A stretch of DNA of 64,000 bases from Vicugna vicugna (Eukaryota). The stretch covers positions 3,844,001-3,908,000 of the forward strand of contig MU059829.1 in NCBI GenBank assembly GCA_013265495.1, written 5' to 3'. Made by a program: the position numbers and the translations under genes. Positions 36,716 through 47,778 of this stretch are shown piece after piece (position 1 is the stretch's first letter; every line of letters starts with the position of its first letter). The notes beneath the pieces were generated by a model. It saw only the letters and a list, made by a program, of their open reading frames with translations, was not told the origin of the DNA and ran no database searches.

Positions 36716-37540
36716 CTGAATGGGGGGACGGGGGGGCTGTGAATGAGGGCGCTCCAGGGCCACCAGGACCCCACCCACGGCCTCGGAGACAGTCGGCGCC
36801 CATGTGGACCCACTGCGCTCACGAGAACCAGGTGACGTCTAAACAGTCTGCAAACAGACCTCGTTCCCCCTGCAGCACGCTAATTAAACTCCTTTTCCTT
36901 TCAATTTTAATAACACAGACGCAGGTTTTGTTTTTTCAAAGGCACATCTTCACCTTTTAAAAGTCGCGCACCCAGCACCACACGGTGGTCAAGGCTGATC
37001 CACACACAGTTCGAAGTCTGAAAAAGCAGACTGATGCCAACGTTTACACTGTAACACTTATTGCGTAACAGGCCTCACGTGAGAAGACAGGTCCCCAGAA
37101 AGAGAGCCGAGGGCAGGGTGCACCCTCGGCACCTCGCGCAGCGGGAGGGCGGCTGCTCCAGCGCCAGACGGACCCCGGGCTGGCTCCGCCTGCGAGCCAC
37201 GCCTTCCTCGCAGATCCCTGCCCACGCAGCGTCACCGCCCAAACCGACAAAGCACGTCAGTGATGCTGGCACTTGAGCTAGCTGTCTTTGGACTGAATTT
37301 AATCTGGCAACGTTCTGGACGGAAAACAAAAGGGACAGACATTCTGACCCCTTGGCATTCTCCATCTGCTCGAGAAGGCACGGGCTCCCCTTCCCGCTCC
37401 ATGACTTCTGAGTTTGCGGGCACAATGTGGACACGCTGGCACCTAACAGCGTCCTGTTGAACCGCTCCAAACTGCAATTTCCCATCCCATTACTACGGAT
37501 TCTTCGCGGATGTGCGTTCAAACAGACAAAGGCATCTTAC

Positions 37541-37627
37541 CCACAGGAAGCCGTGAGCCGTGGAACAGGAGTCTGGCCGGGCCTCGTCATTCAGGTACGG
37601 CTCGGGGTTATAAACCGCACATTCGAT
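37541..37627 (-). CDS. ARHGEF10: ARHGEF10 exon 23 (87 nt): IECAVYNPEPYLNDEARPDSCSTAHGFLW
   Basis: Absent from the ORF track; read by hand. Acceptor cgcttatag|ATC, donor TGG|gtaaga; phase 0-0. Confidence 0.95.
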
Positions 37628-37871
37628 CTATAAGCGGGTAAAATCAGAGGCCCGAGTTTAAAGCGGGACTCGGAGGAGGCAAGCAGGCCTGTCTTAAATG
37701 GACAGGGTTCTGACACGAACCACAGCAACTCCAAAGGCAGGGGAAAGCTCAGTGTGTGGAGTCCCAGAAATGAGCTTTTTGGACACGAGCACCGAGGTAA
37801 GCGCTCCCTCTGCGGTGGCTTCAGACCCCAGCACCCGCTGGGAGCAAGCGGCAGGGAGCCCGTCCAGGGCC

Positions 37872-37886
37872 GGGGGGGGGGGGGGG
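37872..37886 (+). repeat. G15 homopolymer
   Basis: Read directly; in intron 22. Confidence 0.9.
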
Positions 37887-38427
37887 AGCGCAACTCCGCG
37901 GGGGGCGCCCCGTCTCTCCCTGGGAGGGTCCCCCTCAGCTGAGGGAGCCCCAGGGACATGCGGGCTCCAGGTCTGAGTGTCGGCCGGAGACCAGACGTGA
38001 GAAATGGCCATGGCTGTCGTACTTCTTAGGGAGACACAGCCACGTCCTGAAGCCCCTGCAGGCACCAGCGGCAGTGCTGGGACCGACAGCAGAGGAACAG
38101 GGATGCAACGTCCCCCGAGACGGGGTCTGCTCCAGCACAGTAGGCACCACACCTCACGCGACCACGAGGCTGCCGGCGGTGACCCGCGGGGAGGCTGAGC
38201 ATCCCCGAGTGAGAGGCCGGGAGCCCCTGGGGCTGAGACATGTGGGCCTGGATCACAAGTGCCAGGTGGGGGGGCCCAGCTGTGGCTCCAGAAAGTGGGC
38301 TTTGGTCTCAAACCACCAGGCCCTCCCTGAGCCGCCTGGAGAGGCGGCGCCCAGGGCCGCGCCGAGCCCCTTCCCTGCTGGTAACTGCCCACGCGGGACA
38401 TGCAGCCCTGGGCCCGCCCGCCGTCAC

Positions 38428-38549
38428 CTTGAACTCCTGCTGCTTGGCCACCGTCACCGGCATGTGTCCCACGAGGAGGGGGTGTCTCTCCTTCTTAATC
38501 TGGTTCCCGTCATCCTCCGTGCAGAGCCAGCCCAGGTGGTTCTCCTCCT
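38428..38549 (-). CDS. ARHGEF10: ARHGEF10 exon 22 (122 nt): (E)EENHLGWLCTEDDGNQIKKERHPLLVGHMPVTVAKQQEFK
   Basis: Acceptor cggccgcag|AG, donor AAG|gtgacg. Confidence 0.95.
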
Positions 38550-39871
38550 CTGCGGCCGCGGGGTCGGGGGTGGGGAGGGAACAGAGGGGTTGGCACCTTC
38601 CAGGGGCGCCCGGAGCGGTGGGGGAGTCTGCTCCCTACTCTGGCGAGACTGGAGAACTGCGCCTTTTACTTCGGGAAACGGCCCTTTCTCACAGGAGGGG
38701 CCGCTCTCTGGCTGGTTTACCCAGCGACGCTCTGGCCGCATCTGAGCACGGGCGTGCCCGGCTCCCACCTCGGGGCCCAGCCCACCGGCAGCCTGGGAAC
38801 CATCACTGCACAGACCACCTGTTCTCCCTTACCTCTCCTTCCAAGAAACTGACCTGTTAAGACTCAGGCGCTAGGAACTGAGGAGGAGGCTTTAAGTGGC
38901 ACGAGGCCACGGGATAAGACGTACACAGAAAGGAAGCAGCAGGTCTGCTAAGTGGTCGCCAGTCTCGCTCTGAACGTGAGCATCTGAAGACGAAATGAGC
39001 TCATTGCCACGTTCCACTCACTCGGCAGAGACTGGGCCATCTCCTCGCTCACGAGGCCGCCTGGAAGCCGGCCTGATAAACCACCAGCTGACGCGGGCAG
39101 AGAGAAAGGGGCCGCGCTCTGCCCGCTCCCTGGGGCTCGGGCCACTCCAGACAGCCGACCCCATGACAAAGGCCTTCTCTCACTGACCTCCCTTGCCGGG
39201 GGGTCAGTGGGCGTCCCTCTGCCTACTTCTCTTCTTCATCTTATTTCCAGTTAACACTTCAGGGTGTTTGCACCTGAATGAGGAGTTTACGCACAGACGC
39301 AGGACAGCCCCGTGCTTCGCACAGCAGACCTGTGTGCGTATATCACCCATCTGCGCGGTCAGTGCGTCACACCCACCCGTCTGTCTGGTACGCGGGTCAC
39401 AGAGGGTGAGGCCACGGGGACGGGGACCAGAACATCTCTGAGTCACTCTTGTCTCTGACAGAACCTGCCGGGGGCTTGCGGGGGGGTCTTTAGGGACAAC
39501 GCCATCCAGTCCTGTGTCTGACCCCCCCCGCAGGTGCAGGGAAGGAAAAGGCTGAGAGGAGCCCTCACCTGCTCACCCCGCGGGGCAGACCTGGGGCTGG
39601 GACCCCCGACTCACAGGCCACAGACTCAAAGGGCCTTCTAATGGAAATGAGGCTTTTTTTCTCCTACAACACTTAAATTATAATATAAATGTCTTAAAAA
39701 AATCACTTATGCTGGGTTTTTTTTAACTTTTCCTGCCTGGAAAGAGCCTTTCAGGTGACCGGCTGAACCGTCCGCCAAGCCAACTTCTCAGCCGTGACCC
39801 TGCCCTCCTGGGTGCACACTTCACCACAGGGCAGGGACTGGCCTAGCCAGCTGAAATCAGCGGGCTCTTAC

Positions 39872-39972
39872 CGAGCGCGAGCTTGGCCATCTGCAGGTTG
39901 TGGGTCCAAGACTCCTTGATGGCAGGGGTGAAGGTGTTGAACACGGCGGTGAAGAAGGTGGGCCGGCCGGAC
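39872..39972 (-). CDS. ARHGEF10: ARHGEF10 exon 21 (101 nt): SGRPTFFTAVFNTFTPAIKESWTHNLQMAKLAL
   Basis: Acceptor ctctcggcag|G, donor TCG|gtaaga; C-terminal helix of the PH-like domain. Confidence 0.96.
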
Positions 39973-40110
39973 CTGCCGAGAGGGGAGCCTTCACCCTGGG
40001 AACGCTACGTGTCTCCCTGTGGGACGGAGCCCCCACCACGGAGACACGCGAGGCGAGAGCCACGTCCTCGGCCCCGGTGGAGAGGGTGCCCTGCCCGGGT
40101 CCCCACTGAC

Positions 40111-40238
40111 TTGTCCTGCTTCCCCGGGAGCTGCAGCTGAATCCGGCAGCAGTCGGCCGCCCTGATCTCCTCTTCCTTCTTCAAGACGAGTCTCTGTAAC
40201 CCCGAGGTCCAGTCGTGGGCCACTGACTGGTTCAAGTT
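40111..40238 (-). CDS. ARHGEF10: ARHGEF10 exon 20 (128 nt): [42 protein letters not shown](K)
   Basis: Acceptor tccttcgtag|AAC, donor CAA|gtcagt; phase 0 to 2; 138-nt intron follows. Confidence 0.96.
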
Positions 40239-40635
40239 CTACGAAGGAAACGCACAGGCACACTGAGAGGGGCCGATGGACGTTTCGGTCATCCATCCTG
40301 GGGAGGAGAAAACCGAGGCCGTCACGTGAAAACCTCAGGGGGACCAGCAACACTCATCTGACGGCGACAAAGACCCCCCTTTGGGAGTGGGGTCACGCGG
40401 TGGTTTGGCTGGGACCACCCTCAGAGAGCACTGACACGCGAGTCTGCCCCAGAACGAAGGGAAGTTACGCTGGAAGAGCTTCGCCTTCTCCAAAACGGGA
40501 GAAAACAGACGATCAGATCAGTTCTGACCGTTAAGGTCAGTTCTCGCTTCTAACAGAACTGGGAGACGCGCTCTCATGCCGACACTGATTCAGAAATAAA
40601 AGGAGGACTTTAAATCCGATGGCTTCGACTATTAC

Positions 40636-40751
40636 CTGATAGTTCCCTTTGAGGTTTCCAATCAGTTGAGTGATCTGACCAATGACATTTAAGTCATGCA
40701 GCAAGATCTGTAGATCCTGATACAGCTGTCCTGGCCCCATGTAAACCCTGT
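40636..40751 (-). CDS. ARHGEF10: ARHGEF10 exon 19 (116 nt): (N)RVYMGPGQLYQDLQILLHDLNVIGQITQLIGNLKGNYQ
   Basis: Acceptor tgttttgcag|AC, donor CAG|gtaata. Confidence 0.96.
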
Positions 40752-40889
40752 CTGCAAAACAAGACGACAGAAAACAGCACAGACCTACAGCTGTTCACGC
40801 TGGCGCTCGAGGAAGGAAACACGGAAACACAGTCTAGCTCGTCCAGCATTTTTAAAGAGTCGGTGTTTTCAGATAATGAGATGCTTTTC

Positions 40890-41140
40890 CTTCTCTGACT
40901 TTTTATTTTGGAATAATGTTGGACTTGCAGAGAAGCCGCAGTAGCCCAGGCCTCCCTCGTAGGCACCGTTTCCCAGGTCCGGGATGTTAAAACCTCAAAG
41001 AACCACGGAACCATCACGGCCGCGGGGACGGGAGGCTCACGAGAGGCCCGGAGAGACCCCGGCCCCACCCGCCCCACACCACCTGTCTGCTGGCCATCAT
41101 GTTCCAGTTTTGCCGTCTTCAGGGTGCTGTATAAAAGTGC
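40890..41140 (-). mobile_element. L1 3' terminal fragment (L1MC/L1ME-like)
   Basis: ttttattttggaataatgttggacttgcagagaagccgcagtagc...gatgttaaaacctcaaagaaccacggaaccatcacgg resembles the reverse L1MC 3' end. Confidence 0.55.
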
Positions 41141-44100
41141 TCACATGGTGCCCACACCAATTTTTAACACATAAACAGTGTACTTATATTTGCTCGTCTA
41201 ACTAACTAATGTGCCCTTTGTTAGAAGAAATCCCTTGGTTTTGGAGGACAAGTATCTAACTTGGATCCAAACAGTTACACCCCTTCAGCTGTGAACCATA
41301 AGCAAAGCCCGGCACGGACTGCACCCCGTCTCGCGGTCCATCCCTGAGATTCCGCGTGAACCAGACAGAAGGGACACTGGCAGCTGATCCTCAACTGGGA
41401 GCACCAAGAGTCCGACATCTGTGCTTGATGGTGGAACGCACACCCTTCCTCCTCTGCCAACCCAGCCACCCTAAGGCCCTAGGAGAGAAGACGCTTTTCC
41501 ACCTAAGCAAGAGCCTCGGAGACAGAAGCCCACGCCGGGAGTCACGCTGGGGAGGACCAGTGGCGATGCTCTACCTCCCCGGCCGGATCCACCTCCGGGA
41601 CCCAGGAAGCCCCTGGGAGCACCGAAAGGACACCCCAAAACCTCTCCCATCTCTGTCGCCTAGTCTGTCAACAGGGACAGTGTGGCCGGCACTGTCCTGC
41701 CACCTCACGGCAGTGTCCAGTGGAGCCACAGAAAAGAACTCTGTGAGCTAAGGTAAATGCCACGTGTGTTACAGAAACTTGTGTAACTTGTCTTAAGGGT
41801 CCACACTCAGACGAGGGTCTGTTCACTCCAACACCTGCCGCGCCCCCAGGGCCCTGCCCCTGCACGTGGAACACTGCAGCCCGGCCAGCAGGTCCTATTT
41901 GTATCTTTTTTCCATTAAGACACCCCCCTACAACCCACCCTCCTGAGTTCAGTAAGAACGTGCTTTCTCGGAGGAGTGGCAAGGTGGGTGACGGTTAAAC
42001 CTGGGGGACACTGGGGGCTCCCTAAATCTCAGATACATGTGGCCCTCGACAGGTGGCTGCCCCACGTGGGGGATCCCACGAAGGCCACGCACTCCCACGG
42101 CATCACCCAAACCAGCCAGGCCCTCGGCAGCCTGCCCGCCTTCACTGAAGAGTTACCCATTAATGGATTCCAGCCGTTCTGGTCTCCACCGAATGAGCTA
42201 CGCTTCAGGGGGAATCAGCAAAAGGGCAGCACACAAAGTTCTGAAGCTGCTGGAGCGTTTCCAGGAGTGAAGTGGACACGCGGTGAATTTAAAGGCTCGT
42301 CAGGTTAACACGCGCCCGACCAGTGGAGTCACTGGCAAGCCCTCTGAGACCATCCCAACCTGGAGAACGGCTCAGAGACTGGGAACCAGTTCAGAATCCG
42401 ACTTCTGCTTCTGTGACCAAGAGGCTCTAAAGTGAATGGGCACCTGCTCTCTGCCGGGAGGAGGAGAGGCAGGAAGCTCACCCAGGGGCGGCAGAACCGG
42501 GAAGAAAGAAAAGAGGGGCTCCTCTCGAGCCTTCCAGCTGGTGGGGGCCGCGGGAGGTGGTGCGGACGGTCCTCGGCACGAGGACAAGAGGGGCGCCTGG
42601 TCACCAGGACGGATGCTGCCCGCCAGCCAGGCAGCTGGGACGACCCGGACCAGCACCTGCCAGCCCAGCCTGTCTCAGCAGGGGGAGGGTGGGAGGGAAC
42701 CGGGCAGGACGAGGGCCCGGCGTGATGGAGGGAAGTCACGCTGGTCAGAGCAGAGAGGACTCGGGCTGCCGGGCAGCCTGGGACCCGAGGCAGGCTCCAG
42801 AGACAGAGAGAATGGCAGGGAACGCACGGCGGCATCAGGACTGCGGCGTGGGGCCGCTCCCGGCTGCCACACGAGGGTCCGGCAGCCCTGCCCCCATCGC
42901 CCCATCACAAGAGGGAGGACTGTTCCCAGGGCACCAGGGAACCCTCCTTTATGGGGCTGAGGGGGTTTCTCAGTCTTCACCCCACATCTGAAAACCTGAC
43001 GAGGGCCACACTGGGGGAGCCCCAGGGACGCTCGGCAGAAGGGCACAGCGGGGACACAGCAGCGAACGGCGCGGCGCGGTGATCACAGACGCACACCAGC
43101 ACCAGAGGGCCCGCTCCACTCACCGGGGCGGAGCACAGAGCAGGCACTGCTTCCGCAGAGGCTGCCTTCGGCTGGGGGTGGAATCTTTTTTTCTGGCTAA
43201 ACTTACAGAAACAACAAACAAATCAGGGTTCCTGTCAGTTGGCTTCCCCGCCGTCTGGTCTCCAGGCCCAGCACCCGGGTCGGGGGCGGCAGGCTTCTCA
43301 CACACCCCCGCTGTCTCCACGGAAGCCCGGCAACTGGCCTAAAAATCCAGGGTTGAAAGCTAAGCGGATCGCTGTGGCCAAGGCAACAGCAACTCAGCCC
43401 AGAGACTCCCAGGGGCGTGGATGCAGGACCCCGGGCGGGCACGACGTGCTGCCCTGCGTGGCCAGGCCCCTCCGTCACACCCACGACCTGGGTGGCAGGA
43501 GATTTCAGAGCCGGGGTCTCTGGGCAGGAGGGAGGAGGGCGGGGAAGGGGGGACGCCGCGGACGGAATCCAGCTGGACAAGAGTGAGCAGTCCCGGGACG
43601 GTGGGTGGGACCAGGGCTGCGGCCAAGGAACAATCCGGGCAGGACGAGAAGGGCAGGCCTTCCCCGCCCAGCACCTCTGGCCCTGGGCTAAACGCTCCTT
43701 TCCACAACTTCCGTTTTAACTCAGGGAAGTCTGATATCTTAAAAATCAAAGACTTTTTTAAATTGAGGCAGAATCAACGGTTATGAACTGTATGTACTTA
43801 GTGTTCGATTTCGTGATTAGATACAGAAACGTCAGCAAGATCAGCAACGGAGGGTCCGGGTCCGCCCTCCCCACGCCGGCCCCGACTCGAGGAGTCAGTG
43901 AAACCTCTATCACCGCCCCCCCCAGAAAAACGCACAGAACTTTGCAAAACGAGGCCAGGGGGCCGGGAAGCGTAAACTAACCCGAGGACCCACTCCGAGG
44001 CCCCACCCTGGAGGGAGGGTCTAACGCGACCCCAGGTCAGGTCGAGGGCGCCGAGGGGCGAAGCAGAGTGCAGCCCACCTGCTGCTCCCCGGGACGCAGG

Positions 44101-44988
44101 CCCCACGCGGCTGCCATGCGCCTTCATCCCTGAACACAGGCCAGGCCCTCCAGCTTTGCGTGTCGGAGGAGAGTCCCTCAGGCTGGAGAGTCGCGTGACC
44201 ATCGCCCAGGAACCAGGGACTTGAACTTAGCTTCTCAAAATAATTTAGGGACGACAAGCAGGGGGAGCACGGGAAGCCAAGGCAGCGACGGCAACGGTGG
44301 GGGGGGGGGCAAATCTGTTCCACAAAAGCCCTGGGACGCCGGGGACGCCCAGCCGAACTGGGGCTCCCGGGACTCCGGCCCGGCCAGGTCTCATGTGCAC
44401 AAACCCACCCGAGGCACCCGGGGCTCGGGCGGCGCTGGGGTCACCAGGACGGGCTCAGGCCACACAGACGGCTCACTGCCCCAGCAAGACGGTCCCTCTC
44501 TCCTGGACAAACCTGGACGGAGCTGGTGCAGCCCCAGGGGCGGAGCGGCTGCGCCTCCCGGCATCTCTGAGCGCTGGACGGCCTCCGAGCCTCACTCCAG
44601 AGCCGGCAGCAGCCCAGGAGAGCCTGCCCTGCGCCCATCGTCCGGCAGGCACACAACTAGCAAGCTCTACTTTGTTAAAAAACCTGTTCAATCTAGAAGG
44701 CATTTTAAAGACATATCTACGCCCCGGCCGCTGACGGGAAACACAGCCCAGGGCCGGGCCCCACAGTAAACCCAGGACGCACACGACACCCGGGGGATGG
44801 GCTCAGAAGACAGCGACAGGGCGACAGGGGTGCTTGCATCCACAGCCAGACCCCGGTGAACAGGCTCCAGGGACCGCGTCACCCCACAGCTCTCCCCCTC
44901 GGTGCCGCCAGAGGCTGAGGGAGGGGTCCCGACGCCGGAGCTACACCGGTCCCAGCCCTGCGAGCACGTGCACGGAGGGGTCGCTTAC

Positions 44989-45170
44989 TTGGCTTGGTGC
45001 TGGCCACCACTGCCAGGCTCTCGGGCACGTGCACCAGGGGACACCGGCTGCTCTCCCCGGCGCCGTCGCTGCCACCATATTCTACGACTTCCACGTGCCC
45101 AAGAGGGACGCTCCACTTCAGCAGGTACCGCTGGCTGGTGGACGTCAGCGCGCTGCTGTCGTGCGAGGTG
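44989..45170 (-). CDS. ARHGEF10: ARHGEF10 exon 18 (182 nt): TSHDSSALTSTSQRYLLKWSVPLGHVEVVEYGGSDGAGESSRCPLVHVPESLAVVASTKP
   Basis: Acceptor gtcgttgcag|C, donor CAA|gtaagc; phase 2 to 1. Confidence 0.95.
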
Positions 45171-45570
45171 CTGCAACGACCAAAACCCTCCGCTTACCAA
45201 CTGTCGCACGAGCGTCACTGCACTTTTCTCCCCACTCGAGCAAGAAACGCTTGGGCTGTGCGATCGTAGTCCTGACCCTCTCACCGGAGTGACCACTGGG
45301 TTCCACAAAGGGTTTTCCCAGACCACAAACACACCCAAGTTTATTAAGAAAAAAATCATCAGAAATGCATTTACAGGGAAGCAACTAATGAGAAAGAATT
45401 TGGATGGTGATAAAATCAGGAACCGCAGAGGATGGAGTGGGGCCACAGGGAAATTCAGCTGAGTTTCCAGCTCCAACATCAGCCTTTGTTTGAAGAGAAA
45501 ACACAGACACACGTCCCAGCCTCCACCCGCAGTGACCTGGAGACTCAGACAGGACCACACAAATCACAGA

Positions 45571-45750
45571 ACACTGGTGACCATATAGATCACAGGACCT
45601 GGGGCCGGGGCTCTGCACACAGACCATCCAGTCTGAGTGAGACGCAGACACAGGACACTGGTGACCCCGTACATCACAGGACCTGGGGCCGGGGCTCTGC
45701 ACACAGACCATCCAGTCTGAGTGAGATGCAGACACTGGACACCGGTGACC
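45571..45750 (+). repeat. 84-bp tandem duplication, ~2.1 copies
   Basis: acac(t/c)ggtgacc restarts at 45,571, 45,655 and 45,739; core atcacaggacctggggccggggctctgcacacagaccatccagtctgagtgaga is identical in both full copies. Confidence 0.95.
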
Positions 45751-45780
45751 GGGAGGCTCGCCGGCGTGACATGTCCTTAC

Positions 45781-45926
45781 CGCGTGCTGACCGTGGCGCA
45801 CATCAGCACGTCGCTCAGCATGAAGAGCCGGCGCTCTTTGGTCTTCACCACCTCGCCCCGGTCGTTGTAGACGGTTTCAATCATGTCGTCGGAGCGCACG
45901 AGGTACCTACTCCCGCTGCTGAGAAG
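45781..45926 (-). CDS. ARHGEF10: ARHGEF10 exon 17 (146 nt), PH-like domain: LLSSGSRYLVRSDDMIETVYNDRGEVVKTKERRLFMLSDVLMCATVST(R)
   Basis: Acceptor gaattctcag|CTT, donor GCG|gtaagg; phase 0 to 2. Confidence 0.96.
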
Positions 45927-45980
45927 CTGAGAATTCACAGGACACAGTTACCACAACCCGGCTCATCAAGGAAGGGCACA

Positions 45981-46110
45981 GGGGTGGGGGTGCAGCGCAG
46001 GGTGGAGCGCATGCCCAGTGTGCACGAGGTCCTGGGCTCCCCCCCAGCACCTCCACTAAAGTAAATAAATAAACCTAATTACACCCCCAGCCCCCCAAAA
46101 AGAAAAAAGG
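45981..46110 (+). mobile_element. tRNA-Ala-derived SINE resembling the camelid Vic-1 type
   Basis: ggggtgggggtgcagcgcagggtggagcgcatgcccagtgtgcacgaggtcctgggctccccccccagcacctccactaaagtaaataaataaacctaattacacccc...aaaaagaaaaaa: tRNA-Ala-like head with degraded A and B boxes, plus the AAATAAATAAACCTAATTAC tail I recall from camelid SINEs. Confidence 0.75.
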
Positions 46111-47466
46111 ATGAGAAAAAAAGCTCGCAAAACACAGGAGCAGATGATGTCAAAGTTTTATAGACTTCTTCCCTTAAAGAGAATCCGTGTACTCCTGACT
46201 GCACTTCACGCGTGGCCCACACCACGTGGTCTTTTCTGAGCAAACCGCACAGGGACAGGACTGTAACTTCCTCTGGAAGCACGACGTCCACGTCGGAGGC
46301 ACCGGTCCAGCCAAGGAGGGCTTGGCCCCTTCCAGCATCACTCAGTGTCTTCCCCCCCGGAAGACTCGCTCCGTCCCCGACAGGCTGTCACCCCACCCCG
46401 TGTTACTCATGTCACCGTATCAACCACCAGGAATGTCTGTGAGTGAAAGTAACTATTTCGTAATTTTGTTTTCCCAAAGGATAGCATAATTAAGAAGTCA
46501 CCCTCAGGGCTTACGGTCCGCCACTAAAACCTTCACCAAACAAAATACGCTTGGCTCTTTGTAAAGATGCTTCGTGTGAATTAGTAAAATGACAAACCTG
46601 TACATAAGTCAGACTTATTTTTAGCAATTTTGCCCAGTAGGAAACCCGGAATCCTTAGCGCAAACGTCCACACTGGCCGGCTGGCCTCGCCGGGGCACTC
46701 CGCCTGCACGGTGGCAGGGGTGGGGCCACGTGCACACGGAGGTGACAGCAAGGAAACACCACTTCCCTCGTCCCCGAAGCACATCCCGGGTTCCCAAACA
46801 CTCGGGCAACACGGGGAGCGGATCTGACACAACAGAAGCCACTCATCAGCGAGCGCAAGTTTCCATGTGTTAAATTCCCACACAAATCATTTAGAGAATC
46901 AGGGAAACCTCAGCTTGCGATGTATGACAACCAGGTTCCTGCAGTTAAACTACTGGATGTCCCTCTGTAGCAGGAAGTCACCCCCGCCAACAAAAACAAA
47001 GGTGACTTCAGCCACAAGGCCCAGCCTCACATGGCTCACAGCACAAACCTCCTCCTGGGGCCTGACATGAGGTCACCGCGGCAGGGAAACGGCTTCGTGA
47101 ACACGAAGCTGACACGCAGTTCTGCAAAAACTGCCTTCATGCTGTTTTCCACGTCACTTCTTCATGACAACGGACGCACAGGCCGTGTGTGGATGGGCAC
47201 AGATAACAGTGCATGCGGACACCTGCGCTTTAAATAGGGCTGTCTACGGTGGAACACCACATTCTGGAGGTAAAAGCCTGCTGAAGAGTGGCTCGTGTCC
47301 TTTTGGGGTCCTGGGTCCACGAGGACCTAGTCCACCTGGGAGCCCCTTTCCTAAGAAGGTGCACATCGTCTAGCGCTCGCGACCCCCATGCCTCCCCACC
47401 GACCCTCCGTCAAGGGCCTCCTGGCAGAGGTTCCAGGAGACAAGAAACAAGCAGCGAGAGGGCGAC

Positions 47467-47598
47467 GGCCACCAGCATGAAGGGGACAGCACGCACCAGG
47501 CATGGCCACCGGCACAGAGCGGGCAGCGCGCACCAGCACAGAGCGGAGCGGGCACCAGGCAGGGCCGCCAGCACGGAGGGGACAACGCGCGCCCGGCA
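47467..47598 (+). repeat. Decayed GC-rich tandem repeat with 24-bp and 96-bp periodicities
   Basis: 36-bp blocks at 47,467 and 47,563 match at 29/36; gcacagagcgg occurs at 47,512 and 47,536. Confidence 0.65.
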
Positions 47599-47607
47599 CG
47601 GCCGCAC

Positions 47608-47778
47608 CTTGCTCACGTAGCGCTCGTTGGCAGCCTTGGCTATCTGCCTGATCTCGCAGCGCCGGTCAGCGTCCCTCTTCCTCTCGTTCAGCTTCTCTGC
47701 CAGTGTCTCGAGCTCCGTCAGCGCCATCTGCAGGGGCAGCCGGTCGGGGTGGCCTCGGGACGTGTTCTTCAACATGTC
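47608..47778 (-). CDS. ARHGEF10: ARHGEF10 exon 16 (171 nt), end of DH domain: [57 protein letters not shown]
   Basis: Acceptor ctctctgaaag|GAC, donor AAG|gtgcgg. Confidence 0.97.

Noticed and set aside
40902-40907. Sense-strand AATAAA from an L1 3' end, 150 nt before exon 19 (possible intronic polyadenylation)
   Set aside because: No GU/U-rich downstream element, and several other intronic AATAAA hexamers occur at background frequency.
45981-46055. Functional tRNA-Ala gene
   Set aside because: A and B boxes and stems are degraded, and it continues into a SINE-type tail; it is a SINE.
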